The position numbers and the translations under genes are program-made. From Cyanophora paradoxa CCMP329 (Eukaryota > Plantae > Glaucophyta): a stretch of DNA of 64,000 nucleotides. Positions 23,831-37,042 of this stretch are shown one piece after another (the first letter of the stretch is position 1; each line of letters begins with the position of its first letter). The stretch lies in assembly GCA_004431415.1 (NCBI GenBank), contig QPMI01000561.1:25075-89074 (forward strand). Direction: 5' to 3'. A model generated the notes under the pieces. That model searched no databases and was not told the origin of the DNA. It was given only the letters and a program-made list of their open reading frames with translations.

Positions 23831-25118
23831 GCATCCGATATACCGTATCGATATCGATCCGGCGCGAGGACCGTGACCCGGCCCGCCGGCGGCGGCGCCC
23901 GGCCCGGCGCGCGCAGACTCCCGCAGAGTCGCCGCAGACGTCGACCCACTGGGCCACGGCCACGCCTGGCCATGGCACATGATGGCAGTGACGGACCACG
24001 CGCGCATCATCGCGGCGCATGCCGCAGACTGCCCGCAGTGCGCACGGTCCGGTGCCACGCGGTGCGCATCCGATGATCCGCATGCGCAGCTGTACTAGTA
24101 AGCTTAAGCCGTGAAGGTCCGACGGTCTGTACAGACTGTACTACCGTAGTACGGTACGCATGCGCAGTGTACGGTCTAGCCGCTGATCATGAGCGAACGC
24201 CGGTATATATACGTAGCCTGCTGCCTGCCTCGCGGCCCTCGCGTGGCGACCGTCACTGAAGTCACTCATCAGTGACTGCGGCGTCGGACTCCCAATCCCT
24301 CCGGAGTCCTGGAGTCCTTCTATATCTGTGCGTCGATCACGGCGGCGTCTAGTGCGCAGCTACTGAGCCGCGACGTCGACTCCCGGGAGTCCCGGCACGA
24401 ATCCCGGGCGGCGGGGAAATCCGGTGAGCCGCCGCGCGGCCAGCTGCAGCTGCATCGATATTCGGAGGCCAACTCTCAGGCAGGAGTCTCAGCCCAACCG
24501 TACGCGTGAGCTGCAACCTCTGCAAGGGCGCCGCGCGCGCTCCCCGCGCCGCGGCCGGCACACGTGCACGGGCCGCGGCCGGCAGGCCAGCTCCCGCCGG
24601 CGGCCGCGTCCAGGCGTGTCGGCGTTAGCTCGTGCTCATCAGCTAAGCTGCAACAGCCGCTGAGGCTGCAAGGTCCTGCAAAGTCAACGCCGACCGGTAC
24701 CGCGGGGCGCGGGCGACCTGCGGCGCCATGTCCACGATCATCGGATCAGCTTCTCGAGCTCTGTTCCGCTGGCTTAAGCTTTAGCCATCGGGCCGACCCG
24801 CGGCCTGTGCACGCACGCGCTTCTGACCAACCTGCGCACATGCATAGCCTAGCTGGCAGCTGTACGTGTGCTGCGAAGAATTCGAACGTTTGAGATCATC
24901 TACATGATCATGACTTCGCGTCTGGCCGGCGCTTCGAGCTTGACGGTGTGTACACGTACTTGTAATTGTGCATGTACAGCAAACTTAACAATCGTGTGTA
25001 CGCGCTTCAAAACCTGATCGCGATGGTGCTTACGCAGAGCTCGTCCAAAGATCCGAACACCTCGTTACATTCATCCCTTCGATATTGGCGTCTGGATCGA
25101 ACCAAGAAGCAGGCTCGC

Positions 25119-25474
25119 ATGCCCGACCATGATCGCGAAATCCACCTTTCAATCTTTATTTTCTTCTTTCTGGCACTCCCAATAGGTGCGCCGGCAGCAG
25201 CTCTAAGCTGACCATCCGATGATCACACCGCCGACAAATAGTTAACACAATCCTGCAGCTGCACTGTCATTGGAGCAGGAATACGCGCCCCCGGCAACGC
25301 TGCCGGGGCACACAGGGCGGGTGCTCTCCTTGGCGCTCGACGGCACAGGACGCCTGCTGGCCTCGGCAGGGGACGACGGCACCGTGCGACTCTGGAGCAT
25401 CAATGCGACGGGCGGCACACTCTTGCGCTCACTCAGCAGTGGCGTGCACGTGAGGGACTCCGTGTACTCCGTGT
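25119..25474 (+). pseudogene. 5' part of a secreted/surface WD40 protein gene interrupted by the LINE
   Basis: MPDHDREIHLSIFIFFFLALPI-(intron)-AALSLEQE signal-like peptide, then WD40 repeat GHTGRVLSLALDGTGRLLASAGDDGTVRLW and HVRDSVYSV, cut at the TSD. Confidence 0.8.
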
Positions 25475-25756
25475 ACTCCGTGAGGAAAAAAACAGGAAGG
25501 CGCCTGCCAACCCGCCTCACCCGCAGCGTAGCGCTGCGCGCACGCCAGTAAGTGAGAGAGTAGAGGTCGAAACAGCCAGGGTAGCGTCCGTAGCGATGTC
25601 TACCAAGGTATGCCGACCACTCTCTCCAAACCGCCCAGCCCCAGTACCTGCGCCACCCGGGAGTCCCTGGGTGATGTAACTGCAAGCAGTTACCGCGTGG
25701 GCCTCGCGTCCCGCACTCCCTGGACCGCCCTCTCGATCGTGAAATCTTTCCCCCGC

Positions 25757-28426
25757 ATGACCTCAACCGGCCCCAAGACCGGCTCCCCGCGTTCGCCTCC
25801 CCCGACTTGACGCCCCCGAAAATACTAGACCCACAGCTTCCATAGAGTCGCGGCAAGCCGCGAAAGCTGGGTCGGCCGCCGTGCACACCTCCAGAACGCG
25901 CGCCGAGGCAGCACGCCCGCCAAAGTCTGACACGCCTCCCGGTCCGCAGAAGTCAGAGAAGGCCAAAGACCCGCGCCGGCATACCGAAGACGCGGATGGC
26001 GCCCCTAGCCGGGCTCAGAAGTCCCCGGCTCTGGCCGAGTCCCTCCAGAACCTGAACCTCGCCTCGGCCCCGAAGATCGTCCAGAACCTCCTCGCCGAAA
26101 TCCGGTCGAAGTTCCCCACTCCAGACGGCTCGCCGGCGGACCTGGACCAGATTCACTCGGCCTATGCACCTCCCGTCTGGTGACTGCCTCTCAATCCTGC
26201 GGCACGCAACCTGACCGAGTTCGCGACTCACACGGGCGCCCGCAGTACTGCCAGCAACTGCCGGCAGGAGCGCTAAAGCCGATCCCGCTCGATGACCCGT
26301 ACTGGGATTCGCCGGAGAACGCCCTGCGCTCAATCGTAGCGAACTGGATCTTCCACGCGGAAGGCACCATCCGGCGGCATGAAGAATATGAAAACGCCCG
26401 GCTCGCTGAGGCGGCGGCCCGCAACCAGCAGCACGCGCAACAACAGCAGCAGCAGCAGCTGCAGCAGCAGCTGCAGCAGCAGCAGCAGCAGCAGCAACAG
26501 CTCAATCAGAACGCGGACCCGGCCGCGAGGAACGCCGCCGCGCCCTCGAAGCCGCCGCCCTCGCCGCCGAAAACGATCTGACAGATGAGGAGCTCGGTGC
26601 CGCCCGGCGCCTCCAGTTCCGCGCCGAAATCGATGCGGAACAGCTACTTCAGATCGCCGATTCCCCGGTGGACGCCAACTCGCCGGAAGGTCGGGCGGAA
26701 GCTGAAAAGCTTCTCAATGCCGCGCTCGGAGACCTCGCCCTGCTGCGAGAGGCGCCCGCTGACTACCGCTCGATCGGCCGCACCGGCGAACGGCTCATGC
26801 TCCGCGTCGGCTTCACGTCGCGCGAGGCTCAGCGGGCGTTCTGCAGTGCCAAGCTCCCATGCGTGCGCCTGGGCTGCGCGCCACCCGGGACGGCCGCTGA
26901 TTCGCCCCGCCAGTTTCTCTTGGATGCGGCCACGGAGACATACCTCGCTCGTCGGCCTTTCTACAAAGAAGAGCGTATGGACGACGAAGACGTCAAAAAC
27001 CGAACCTTCCAGGCCCTTGACATACCCCTAGACGCGCGCACGAACGAAATCATAGACGGGCTCGAAGAGCTCATGAAAGAGGCGAGCCTCGCCTGCCATC
27101 GCGTCGGCGGACGGCTGATCCTCGCCCCGCCGCGCCAGATCCTGGGAGACAGCGCCGCGGAAGTCTACGACGAACACCCAACGCTGCTCGGAGACCTCAA
27201 GATCGACTACGTGCAGAAGAAACAACGCATCGCGGATAACAACGCCAAACGTGTACGCAGTTGCCTGCCGCGGCTAGCGCGCTGGGCCCCTCCCGCGCCC
27301 CACTTCACGAGCCCGGCAGGCCGTGTTCACAGTCCCGCCGGCCCCCAAGCTCATTGCGGCCCTCCCGCGCCTCCACTCTTGGGTAAAGCTGCGGACCCTT
27401 GTCCGCATCCGACCGGGCCGCGATCTCCCCCGGAGATGACGCCAGCGAACGCGCTGACGCTAGCGGGGGTGCCGCCCGAAGCCAAGATCAGCGGACTTGC
27501 CAAGCTCCTGGCCTCGCTCGAAGTGGACCGTGTGGTCTGGTACAGCAAGGCGATCCCGAGACCGGGGCAGGCCGCACAGTCGGGACCGCGGACGTGCAGC
27601 GCTGGCAGGAGTCCCACTCCGCCTTCGACCCCGACCCCCTGCTCGCCTGGACGGCCTTCAGCCGCGTGCCGTTTGTCCACCTCGTCTTCCGGACGGCCGA
27701 CGCGCTTGCCGCAACCAAGCAGATCTATCTCGGCCCGGCGGCGGACCCGATGCACGACGACGAGGACGACATCCCGCCCAGCGAGGCGTACCCGCCCGCC
27801 ACGGCCGCAAGTTCGCGGGTCGCTATATAGTCGTCCCCTTCGAGGTTCCCCCTCGCCCGCCCGGCCCGCCCTCCCTGGCGCGCCTAAGGGTCTGCAGCGC
27901 TACATGTGCCCTGACTGCGCGGCCCGGAGGCCCTGGACACGCTCGCTGGCCTTCTCAAGGAAGGGCGGGCGCTGGATGACGTGTCCCATTCGCCGCCGGA
28001 GCGGGACGGCGACCGCAAGTGCAAGCCCGCCACGACGAACGCCGCAAGGCCATCGCGGATGCCCGCGAAGCCGACCGCCGCCAGCGCGAAGAGCAGCGCC
28101 GGCAGGCCCAGTCCGGCGCCACCAAGCAGCGCCTGGAGGAGAGGCAGCGCCGAGCGGAGGCGCAGCGGGAGCAGGCGGCCGAGGCGGCGGCGACCTCTCA
28201 GGAGGTTCTCGCCGCGATGGGGGAGGCTCCGGCGCTCGGCCCAACACCTACATGGAGGCGGCCGCCAGGGGGCGCGGCGCGAGCCGCGGGACGAGCCGCG
28301 GGCTGGGCCGCGGAGCCGGCCGGGGAGCGGGGCGCGGCGCCAGTCTGGGCGGCGGTGGGCGAACCGGGGCGGGGCGCAGACGGGCCCACCCCATGCCGGG
28401 CGCCCGCAGTCGACGGGCCCGTCTAA
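25757..28426 (+). CDS. LINE ORF1 (Gag-like; polyQ, RRM-like segments, Cys/His knuckle-like region, coiled coil), frameshifted
   Basis: Consecutive ORF pieces at 25881, 26180, 26668, 27399 and 28019; RTFQALDIPLDA, ALTLAGVPPEA...FVHLVFRT (RRM-like), MCPDC. Confidence 0.55.
26438..26500 (+). repeat. CAG/CAA trinucleotide repeat (polyQ in ORF1)
   Basis: Visible (CAG)n tract interrupted by CTG. Confidence 0.9.
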
Positions 28427-28737
28427 GCGCCCGCGAAACGCCTAGACTAGAGCTTCTCTTTCGTCAGCTAGTTCGACTGCAGCTGTGCGCATGTGTTGCA
28501 GTAGTACGTGAACGGAGGTGGCAGAACTACGCCCCGCCCGAGTACTGGTATCAGAGAGTCGGCGCGCGAAGACGGTGGCGGCTGTGCCTGCGCCACCCGC
28601 ACTCGCAAGCCGACGCCGGCGCCGCGCCACGCGTGAGCCCAGCGCTAGCTTGGCTGACCCGGGCCGGCTAGCCCCGGATCCGGAGTCCGGACTCCGGAGG
28701 CGTTGCCGGTCGGCTGCCGCGCAATTAACAATCCTTA

Positions 28738-29270
28738 TGACTAGGATCCGGACCATGCATATACACATGTACACGAGTCCCGGAGAATGGACCACACGTA
28801 CCCCCACCAGAATCCACCCCGCCATGGCGACGCCGGAGCCGGCGCCCCGCCCGACCCTCGCGCAACTCATGGCGACCGGCGAATACAATGACGTTACATA
28901 CGAAGTAGCCGTCGACGACCCGGCCATCCGCGTCTTGCAAAGCGTCCTCGGCCTACACCACGCACTCTTCCACCCTAGTCACGGGTTGCTAGTGCTGCCG
29001 GGTACTTTCGAAACCATAGAAGCGGTCAGCTCAAACTGCCGCGGCCACGAGCTCTGGATCAAAGCTCGGACCTCGCTCCTTGGACGAAAGGCGGGCCGCG
29101 CCGCCGCGGACGCATTGGCATTCAATGGTCGGGCCTCGTGGGCCACCTGGACGCCCGGTGCGGAGGTGCACCGCCAGGGAACAGCCCCTCATCCCGTGCC
29201 CTTGCCGCCCGCACCCTCACTGCCTCGCACCGTCGCAGACACACCAGTACCGGCTGGAAGAGACCCGTGA
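28738..29270 (+). CDS. Extra ORF between LINE ORF1 and ORF2, unknown function
   Basis: Globular-looking segment MATGEYNDVTYEVAVDDPAIRVLQSVLGLHHALFHPSHGLLVLPGTFETIEAV...ELWIKART. Confidence 0.4.
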
Positions 29271-29460
29271 CTGCGCAACGCTGGGCAGTAAGCTGCGCGC
29301 CCTGCGCCCCAGACGCCGCGGAGGCGTCGACGGCGCCCCCTGAAAGACACGCAGGCCGCCACCCGTCCCCCACGCCGGCTCCAGAAAGGAGGCAGGACCG
29401 CCCGACATGCCCCCGCACACACTTGCTATCGGTAGATCTCCACCCCCTGGCTATCCCGCC

Positions 29461-32400
29461 ATGAGTGTGACAACAGCGGAACCACCAATAACACTACGTG
29501 ATATCTTCCCACCTGCCCACTACGCCCGAGACAGCCCGCTTGTGGGCCCGTCACCCTCGCTTATGCGCAACAAGCCCGCGGGGCACCTAAGGGTGGTAAC
29601 ATTTAACGTGCGGGGCACGTCCGAGGGCCGGCTCCAGCAGGCCGAAGACTTCGCCGTGAAGTGGGGGGTCGACGTGATGGCTCTCCAAGAGCTCTCAGTC
29701 ACGCGCGCTGAACTGCACTCGGCGCTCTTCACCCCGGCAGCGGAACCCGGCAAGCCCCCCACGAGCTCGATCACGCGAGGCCGCCTAATCCACTCAATTA
29801 AGAAAACAAACCGAAAGGAAACGGAGCGGCGCTATGGTGGCGGCGCCCTGGGCGCGGCACATTGCGCGTCACTATAGCTACCCGGGCCGGCTTGCCGGCT
29901 GTGAAATGCGCTTCAAGGGAAACCGCCAGCTCTTCGTAGTGAGCGTCTACATGCCGGCCACCCAACGGAAGCCTGAGCACAAGACCGATCAGGCGGCGCT
30001 CATCGAATGCATCGAGCGCATCTACGCGGACTTCCGATCGCGCTCGTCCGCGCACCTCATCCTTCTCGGCGACTGGAACTCCGTGAAGACGCCGGCCACG
30101 TCCGCATCCGCGCGGACGATTCGTCCAGTCCTGGACGCCTGAACGCGAGTGGTGGGGAAAGCTGTCCGGCACCTGGGCGCTAGTTGACGCGGCGTCACAG
30201 AAAGGCCACGAACACGAAGTTACCTTCATCAGGCGCGGCCCGAACCCGCACGGCGCCGAAGAGGAGGCGGGGACGACGACGCCGACGACTCGGATTCGGA
30301 ACAGGACCAGCAAATGGACGGGCCCGCCGTCGCCGAAGACGCCGCGGCCCTCTCGGCAGGACGTATCGATGCGGTGTTACACTCTGCAGGTCTCGCGCCA
30401 GCGCTCCTGGCGGTGCACCCGCTGCCGCCAGAGGTGGCGCTACCGCACCCCTCTGACCACTTCCGGTCATGGCCGACTACGATCTGCTCAAAGCCGAACT
30501 CGTCAGGCCGCCCGAGGGCGAGGCCCGCCCGGCGCACCCGCCGCCGCTCTTCGCACCGCACTTGCTGGAGAAGGAGAAGCTGCCGGCCTTCCGAAAGGCT
30601 GTAGAAGACCGTCTGCAAGCTCTGGAAAACGATCTTGAGAAAGCGCTGGGCGCGGCGGGCACGGAACATGAGCGCAGGGACCGGGTCAGCTCTCTCTACC
30701 GACAGGCCACGGAGGCGGTGCTGGCGCTCGCTAAGGAACACAAATGCTTGAAAGCCCGAGGATCGCGCCCGCCCACTCGCAGAACGGTGCCGTGGCAGCT
30801 GGTCATGTCCAAGAAAGTGGAGCGCCTGATCGCTGGATGGTCTGTTGAAGCGCCCGGAGGTTTGCCGTCGGCCCCGCTGGTCGCCCGGATCGAGAAACTG
30901 GAGGCTCTCATCAAAGGGCTCGTCCCCGGACCCGAACCCATGCCCCGCCGCCCGTACGCGACGCTGACGACGAGGCGCCGTTCCCGGGGCGCTACGTAGC
31001 GTGGCGGCTATACTTCCGGTCGCTGAACGCGTGGCGCAACCGCGTCCGCCGGCGCCACCAACACGAGACGCGCGCAGAAAAGCAGCGACAGATCCAGGAA
31101 TTCGTTACTGCGCGCCAGGCCCGGTTTGCAGACCCGCGCAAACTGCGCAGCTATCTAGACTCCATTCTGGAGCGGTCCAGGGGGGAGCCGATCATGCACG
31201 TCACCCGCCTCGCGCGCGAAGGCAACTTCTATGAAATTTACACGGCACCCGAGGAGGTGAAGGCAGTGATGGCGGAGCACTGGCGTCAGTGGTGTGCGAA
31301 GAGAAACCCCCTGGTAGGGGGCACAGCGGACTCAATACCCGACTCCCAGCTAGCTTTCCTGCCCCTGACTTCTGGCGCGCGCTCTACCGCCCCCTCGGGA
31401 CGCACGTGTGACCGCGGAAGCCTTCGCGGGTGTCATGACTGAACCTACGTACGAAGAACTAGGGGCACACGTGCGCTCGCTCACGGACGGAGCGGGAGGG
31501 CCCTCCAACTGCACGAACGCGATCCTGAAGACGCTCTGGAACCTCGACCTGCCGGACGCCATGGATCCAGAGGCGTACCCCCCCCGCGGTCGTCGGCTCC
31601 TGATGGCCATCGTCTGCGAGGCCCTCCGCCTGCGCGACCTGCCCGCCGAGATGTGTGAGAGCAATATCTTCGGGATCCCCAAGAACGGGAGCTGGGACGG
31701 AGACATTGAAGGGAACCTCCGCCCGATCACGCTGCAGGAAGTTGGCCTCAAGCTAACGACGGGCCTCGTCACGAAACGGCTAGCCGAGGCCATCGAGAAG
31801 CACGGAATCCTTAAGGGGGTAAATTATGGCTTCAGGAAAGCTAAGGCGACAGACGATGCCCTTCACCTAATGGTCGCTATTCTAGAGGACGCTAAGGAGC
31901 ACCGCAAGCCCATCTACCTCTTGCTACAGGATATCAGGCGGGCGTACGATTCAGTTTCCTGGGCCAGCATGGAGCTCTCCCTCCGACGCATTGGGGCCCC
32001 GAGACGTACATCGACCTGCACCGCAACATATTCGAACGACGCCGGGCGCGAGCTATCACGGGCCACGGACTGTCAGACGTGTTTGAACTCGAATGTGGGC
32101 TCCCGCAGGGCGGCATCGAATCCCCGCTCCACTGGCTCATCTTCTACGATGCCTTGCTCTGCGCTCAACAAGAATTGGACAGGCTCGAGCAGGAAAAGGG
32201 GGCGCGGGGTCGCGTACGTCATGGGCGTGGGCGAAGACGACGCGGACTTCGCCCCCGCACGGGTGACCGGGAGCGCCTACGCGGACGACACGCAGTGGAT
32301 GAGCGGATCGGCCGAAGGGATCCAGATGCTCGCGGACGTGGCGTCTGAATTCTTCCGCCTGCACGACATCGCAGTCAACGCGCGGAAAACAGAGTTTGCG

Positions 32401-35400
32401 TACAACAACGTCTCACCGGAGCCTGAACCCCCGCTACTCGGCAACCCCGCGTCCCGGTCGGCAAGAAGCTGAAACCGGGCGAGCATTTCAAGCTGCTCGG
32501 CGTCTATCTGACCGCGAACCTGTCGTGAAGGAGCAGATCAGACAGATGGAAGCGCAGGCTCGCGAGACGGTGGCGGTCATAGCTCGTAAGCAGCTGACCG
32601 CGCAAGAGGCCTGCTACGTTGTCGAGGCCGTCGTGCAGGCGCGGATCGCCTACGGGCTCAAAGTGACGCCGCTCACAGAGAAGCAGTGCGATCGCCTAGA
32701 TGCCATCTGGATGCGCGTGGTTAAGCACCATGGGGCCTGGCGGCATCGACTTCCAACTACGCGCTCTGGAGCCACGGCACGTACAGCCTGCCGCGCACAG
32801 CGCACCTGATGGCCAAGAACCAAATCACGGATCTGCTCGTGCGGCTCTGTGGAGAACCGGAAGAGCTGCTATCCCAGGTGATGTTGCACCGCATCCGAGA
32901 CCTCCAGCGAAAGCTAGGCGTCCCGCTGCTGCCGACCGAGTTCCTGAACGCCCCAGTGTCACGCCAGCTTGCTCGATCGAACGCAATCGCCGCAGTGATG
33001 CCGCTCCTGCAGCGCCGGCTCTACCGGATCCAGTCCAACCACGCCCGCTTCCTGTTTACGCCGTACCCCCCGCAGCCACTTGGCCCGACCCCGCGGAACT
33101 GCGCCGGGAATTCGTGCTTGCCTCACACATTCCCCGGAAGTGTTCAGCACGGCCGCGCCCGCCCTCCACCGCGCACGGCTCTACTGGATGTCCGACGTCA
33201 CGGCGCGCGATGGGGAACGCCTCTGCACCTGGCGAGACCTGCACCTCCGCGCCCCTGCGGCACGCTCCCTTGGGCAGCGCCCGCCTGGTGGAAGGCGGTG
33301 GCCAAGGCCCTCACGATCGACGAGCGCGGTTCGGGCGCCCTCCGATACCCCATGCGGCAACCGCCCGGTACCCTTCCTCGGCCATGGTACAGCTTCCGGG
33401 CGGGGCAAGGAAGTTAATTCACCAACCGGGAGACTTCGTCTGCTACTACGACCTCGCAACGATTCACGAGACGGATGCGGTACCGGAAATCGGCCGGGTC
33501 CGCTCCGCCGAGGCTGAGGCCGGCAGCCTAGTAGCGACGGAGTGCCGGCTGGAGCACTGGGTCCCCGTCCCAGAAGAGGCCGACGACGAGGCCGACGGAG
33601 CCTACTGCCGCTGCGATGGCCACTGTCAGCTCGGACCCCGCGAAGGGCCGCCCGCCCCAGCTGCGCGCCGCTTTAATATCGTACCGGGAGAGGGCCGCCG
33701 CCACTGGCACGACGACCACGTCTGCCCTCAAGGCGCCGGCGCGGCCTGCCGGGCGACGAGCACCTGCGATGACGAGGGCAAGTACGGGACGGCGGTGGGA
33801 GGATGGGTAGAGCACGCGTCCGCACTCTGCACGATCCCCGGCACGGTGGAGCTAGTAGAAGTGTCGGGCGCCCCCGTGGAAGAATGCGAGGGGCAGGTAC
33901 AGACGCGCTCGGGGCGCGCCAGTCGCCAGGTCCTGCGCCAAGCCCGTCTTGAATACTTCAAGCCCTCCAGGCAGGCGGCCGCGACCATCACTGCGCACCG
34001 ATGGCGGATGCTGCTGCAGGCAAAGCAGGAGGGCGATGAGCGGGTCAACTGGCACCTCCTCTCCGAGCCCGACGCCGCTCACCTCGCCACGCTCGAGGCG
34101 AACCCGCCCGACTTGCCCCCCTGCCGCAAGATGAAGCGCCCCCGGTCAGCTCCAACAAGGAGGCGCGCGAGCTATATTACTATCAGGCCGACCCGTACAG
34201 TTGGGTTGCATACCTGGAGACCTGGAAGGGCCTCGAAGCCCGCTACCGCAAAGAGCACCTGGAGGCCGAGGCGGCGCCTGGCGGCTCATACGTGGCCGAC
34301 GCCCCAGCGTACGCCTGGACGGACGGGAGCCTGAAAGAGGGCCAGACGGTTAACGCTCGCGCGGGCTACGCAGTACACTGGCCGGAAACGGACCTCAGAA
34401 CTGGCGCAAGCCTGCACCCGCCGGGTATCCTCACGGACTTCTTTGCCCGGCTCCGGGGCCTGCAGGAGATCAACAAGGCGGAACTCCAGGCGGCGCTTAT
34501 GGCTGACCTGCTCTCGCCTTTCGGAGCGGTTCTACACGTCGACAACATGAACGCGATCCGCTGGTACTCCGATTTCGTCCAGCACGCGAGCTGCCGCAGC
34601 CCGCGGGAATACATCCGGCACGCCTGCTCCGCGGAACTGTACGCATGGAGCAAGCTCAGGACAATGCTAGAGGAGCGCGGGCGGCCGCTCAAACTCGTCA
34701 AAGTCAAAGCGCACGCAAAGGGCGACGCCCGCGACCCCCACAACGACGTCGCGGACGCCGGAGCGAACGTGGCGGCCGACCTGGAGCTGGCGGACGAACA
34801 CCGGCATGAGCCTCTCTTTCTGCCGCCGGCCTTCAGCATGCCTGCGGTGCTCACCATCAGCGACCCGACGGGCGCACACGACGGGTGGAAGGGACCCCAA
34901 GGCACACATGGACGCACTTCACGAACACCAGACGCACTTTGCCTGGACCCAACAACCGCTGGCTGGCGCGCTCCTGCGCCGAGGCGCCGACGGCGCAGAC
35001 ATAGCAGGGCTATATGCGGAAACGAGCGTAGGTTCCCGATTCCAAGGCGCCAATGGAGCCCGCAACGCGCTATTCAAGTTTCGGACGCAGCTGCTCTGTA
35101 GCTCGCTACCAGCGAACGAAGTCCGGGTACGTGACCAGAAGGAACTCTACGCCGCCTGCAACCCTGGGGGACGCTGTGCGGGCTGCGCCACCAGAACGCC
35201 GCTCCCTCGTGCAGAGACTAGCGGCCCGACAGCCTCACAGAACAGCCAGACTGCAACAGAGGCCTCGCATGCTCAACCAGCAGCGGGCGCCAGCCGCCCG
35301 ATCCGGGCACCGACGGCTCTCACCGCAGGCCCGACTGAAACTTTCCCGCACGTCTTCCTGTGCCCGGGTCCGCATGCGGTCGCGCACCGCGCGGAGACTG

Positions 35401-36011
35401 CTCGCGAACTGAACCGACTTCTGCTCTGCGCATACAGAGAGGCCCACGGCCTCACAGCGCCGCCAGCAGGAGCCCTCCTTGCTCCCGACCTGGTCCCAAT
35501 CTTCCTCCGCGTCGCGGACGACGACACCGAGGCGCGCAGCTACGATGGTAGGCCGTACGCGTATCCGCGCCTCTGGGTGCTCCAGGGCCTTGCTCCGCAG
35601 AGTCTAGAAAGCGCCCTCACACGCTGCCTGAACCTTGCACCCCGGTACGCGGCACGCGCAGCTAAACGCGTTCGGCAAACGCTTCTGGAACGGGCCCGAC
35701 GCCTCTGGTCACGTCGCTGCGAAATCAACGCGGAGTGGGAACGCGACTGCCGCGTCTCCCAGGCCTCAAAGAAGCGACCGCGCCCGCCCCGCACGGGCGC
35801 CCGCGCCCGAGAGCGGGCCCGCGGCCCCCGGACCTGTAAGGAAGTCTGCGCCGCCTGCGACGGGCCGATTCGCCTTCACAATCTACTCAACGCCGCTCGG
35901 AACGCAGACTGCCCACCGGAGTACGCGGGCTGGAAGGCGGCGCTCCGTGCCCAAGAGCTCTACGATTGCGTCAAGGTACGCCCTTGGGAGTCACATCCTA
36001 GCCCGCTCTAA
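29461..36011 (+). CDS. LINE ORF2 polyprotein: APE endonuclease, reverse transcriptase, RNase H, C-terminal Cys/His motif (several frameshifts)
   Basis: APE: LRVVTFNVRG, DVMALQE, ILLGDWN, RIDAV, SDH. RT: LRPITLQE, NYGFRK, QDIRRAYDSV, GLPQGGIESPLHWLIFYD, YADD. RNase H: WTDGS, AELQA, HVDN, VKAH, NDVAD. Terminal CAGC...ETFPHVFLC. Confidence 0.92.
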
Positions 36012-36034
36012 ACGGTACCCCGAGCCGCGCGAAA

Positions 36035-36054
36035 GGGGGGGGGGGGGGGGGGGG
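36035..36054. repeat. G20 tract at the start of the LINE 3' UTR
   Basis: 20 consecutive G, 23 nt after the ORF2 stop. Confidence 0.85.
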
Positions 36055-37042
36055 CTACGTCGGGAGGAGACTCTCGACACCACCTACCTACTACTTCACC
36101 ATACCTAGTCCTCGAGAAACTTACCTGATCTACTCTTAGCCTCGCACACACTAGATATAGCCGCCCCGACCGACTCGCTGGGCCCCGCCCAAGCGAGCGC
36201 CTGCCTTGCCTCCCTCTCCCGCTCTGCCCTCCCGCTCGCTCTCTTGGCCCTGCCTCCCATTCACGACCTCGCCCGCGCTCCTCGCGCCTCGACAGGGAGG
36301 GAACGATGGATCGGAAGGCTTGGCGGAAGGCTTCGGCTGGTCGTTGCACCCACCAGATACCCCGGCCATCGTGCCAGGACCGTGGGTTGAAGGACCGCCG
36401 CGGAGGGGGGCTCGCAATTGCCCGCGGCGGGGTGCGGCGGCTGGTTCGAGGCTGGAAGCCCTGCTGACCGAGAAATCCGACCCTCCCCCTCCCCGCCACG
36501 GCCGGCGCCGACCTTCTCCGTCCCGCCCCACTTCTTCCCGCAACGTCCCCCTCGCCTCATTCCCCTCGGCCCCTCTACGCCGACGTGCTTCCACCCGCGC
36601 TTCGGCGAGCGGCCCCTCGACGCGGAGCCCGCCGCGCTAGCTGTAGTCGCGGCCGCGTCGAGAGTAGGCAGATTAGACCGCGGGTCCGTCCTGGCTTTCC
36701 TACCGTACAGTAGAACAGCCCGCGAGCTCCGGACGTCCCGACGGTCCCTAGGCAGGCAGCACTAGCAGTAGTAGTGTTTTAATTTACCTCCCTCTCGTAG
36801 ACCCTGGGTAGTCCTCTCGGTAGCCTAGTCCTAAGCTAGGCTAGATGTATAGGTAGTAGCTCTCCGCTCTGGGTTAGCTTTGCTTTAGTTTACGTCTCCT
36901 TGACTAGCTCCACCCTGTCCGATGGCTGATAGGTTCCCTACCCGGCGTAACCAGTAGGCTCATCTTTCGACTTGACACTTTACGGACTCCTCAGTTCTAT
37001 CATTAGCCGTATTGTCTCGGTGTGTGCGAATTCACTAATTAA

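Larger units (their letters stand above)
25475..37042 (+). mobile_element. Full-length non-LTR retrotransposon (LINE; APE-RT-RNase H), ~11.6 kb
   Basis: 18-bp TSD ACTCCGTGTACTCCGTGT at 25457-25474 and 37043-37060; removing the element restores the WD40 frame DSVYSVCFN; intronless ORFs inside. Confidence 0.92.

Noticed and set aside
25655-25750. HDV-like ribozyme in the LINE 5' UTR (GGG-CCTCGCGT-CCC loop, GGGAGT/ACTCCC)
   Set aside because: The P1 register is imperfect and no P2 partner or P4/J4-2 could be found by eye.
25475-37042. LTR or DIRS retrotransposon
   Set aside because: No terminal repeats, integrase or tyrosine recombinase; the APE domain and long TSD indicate non-LTR.
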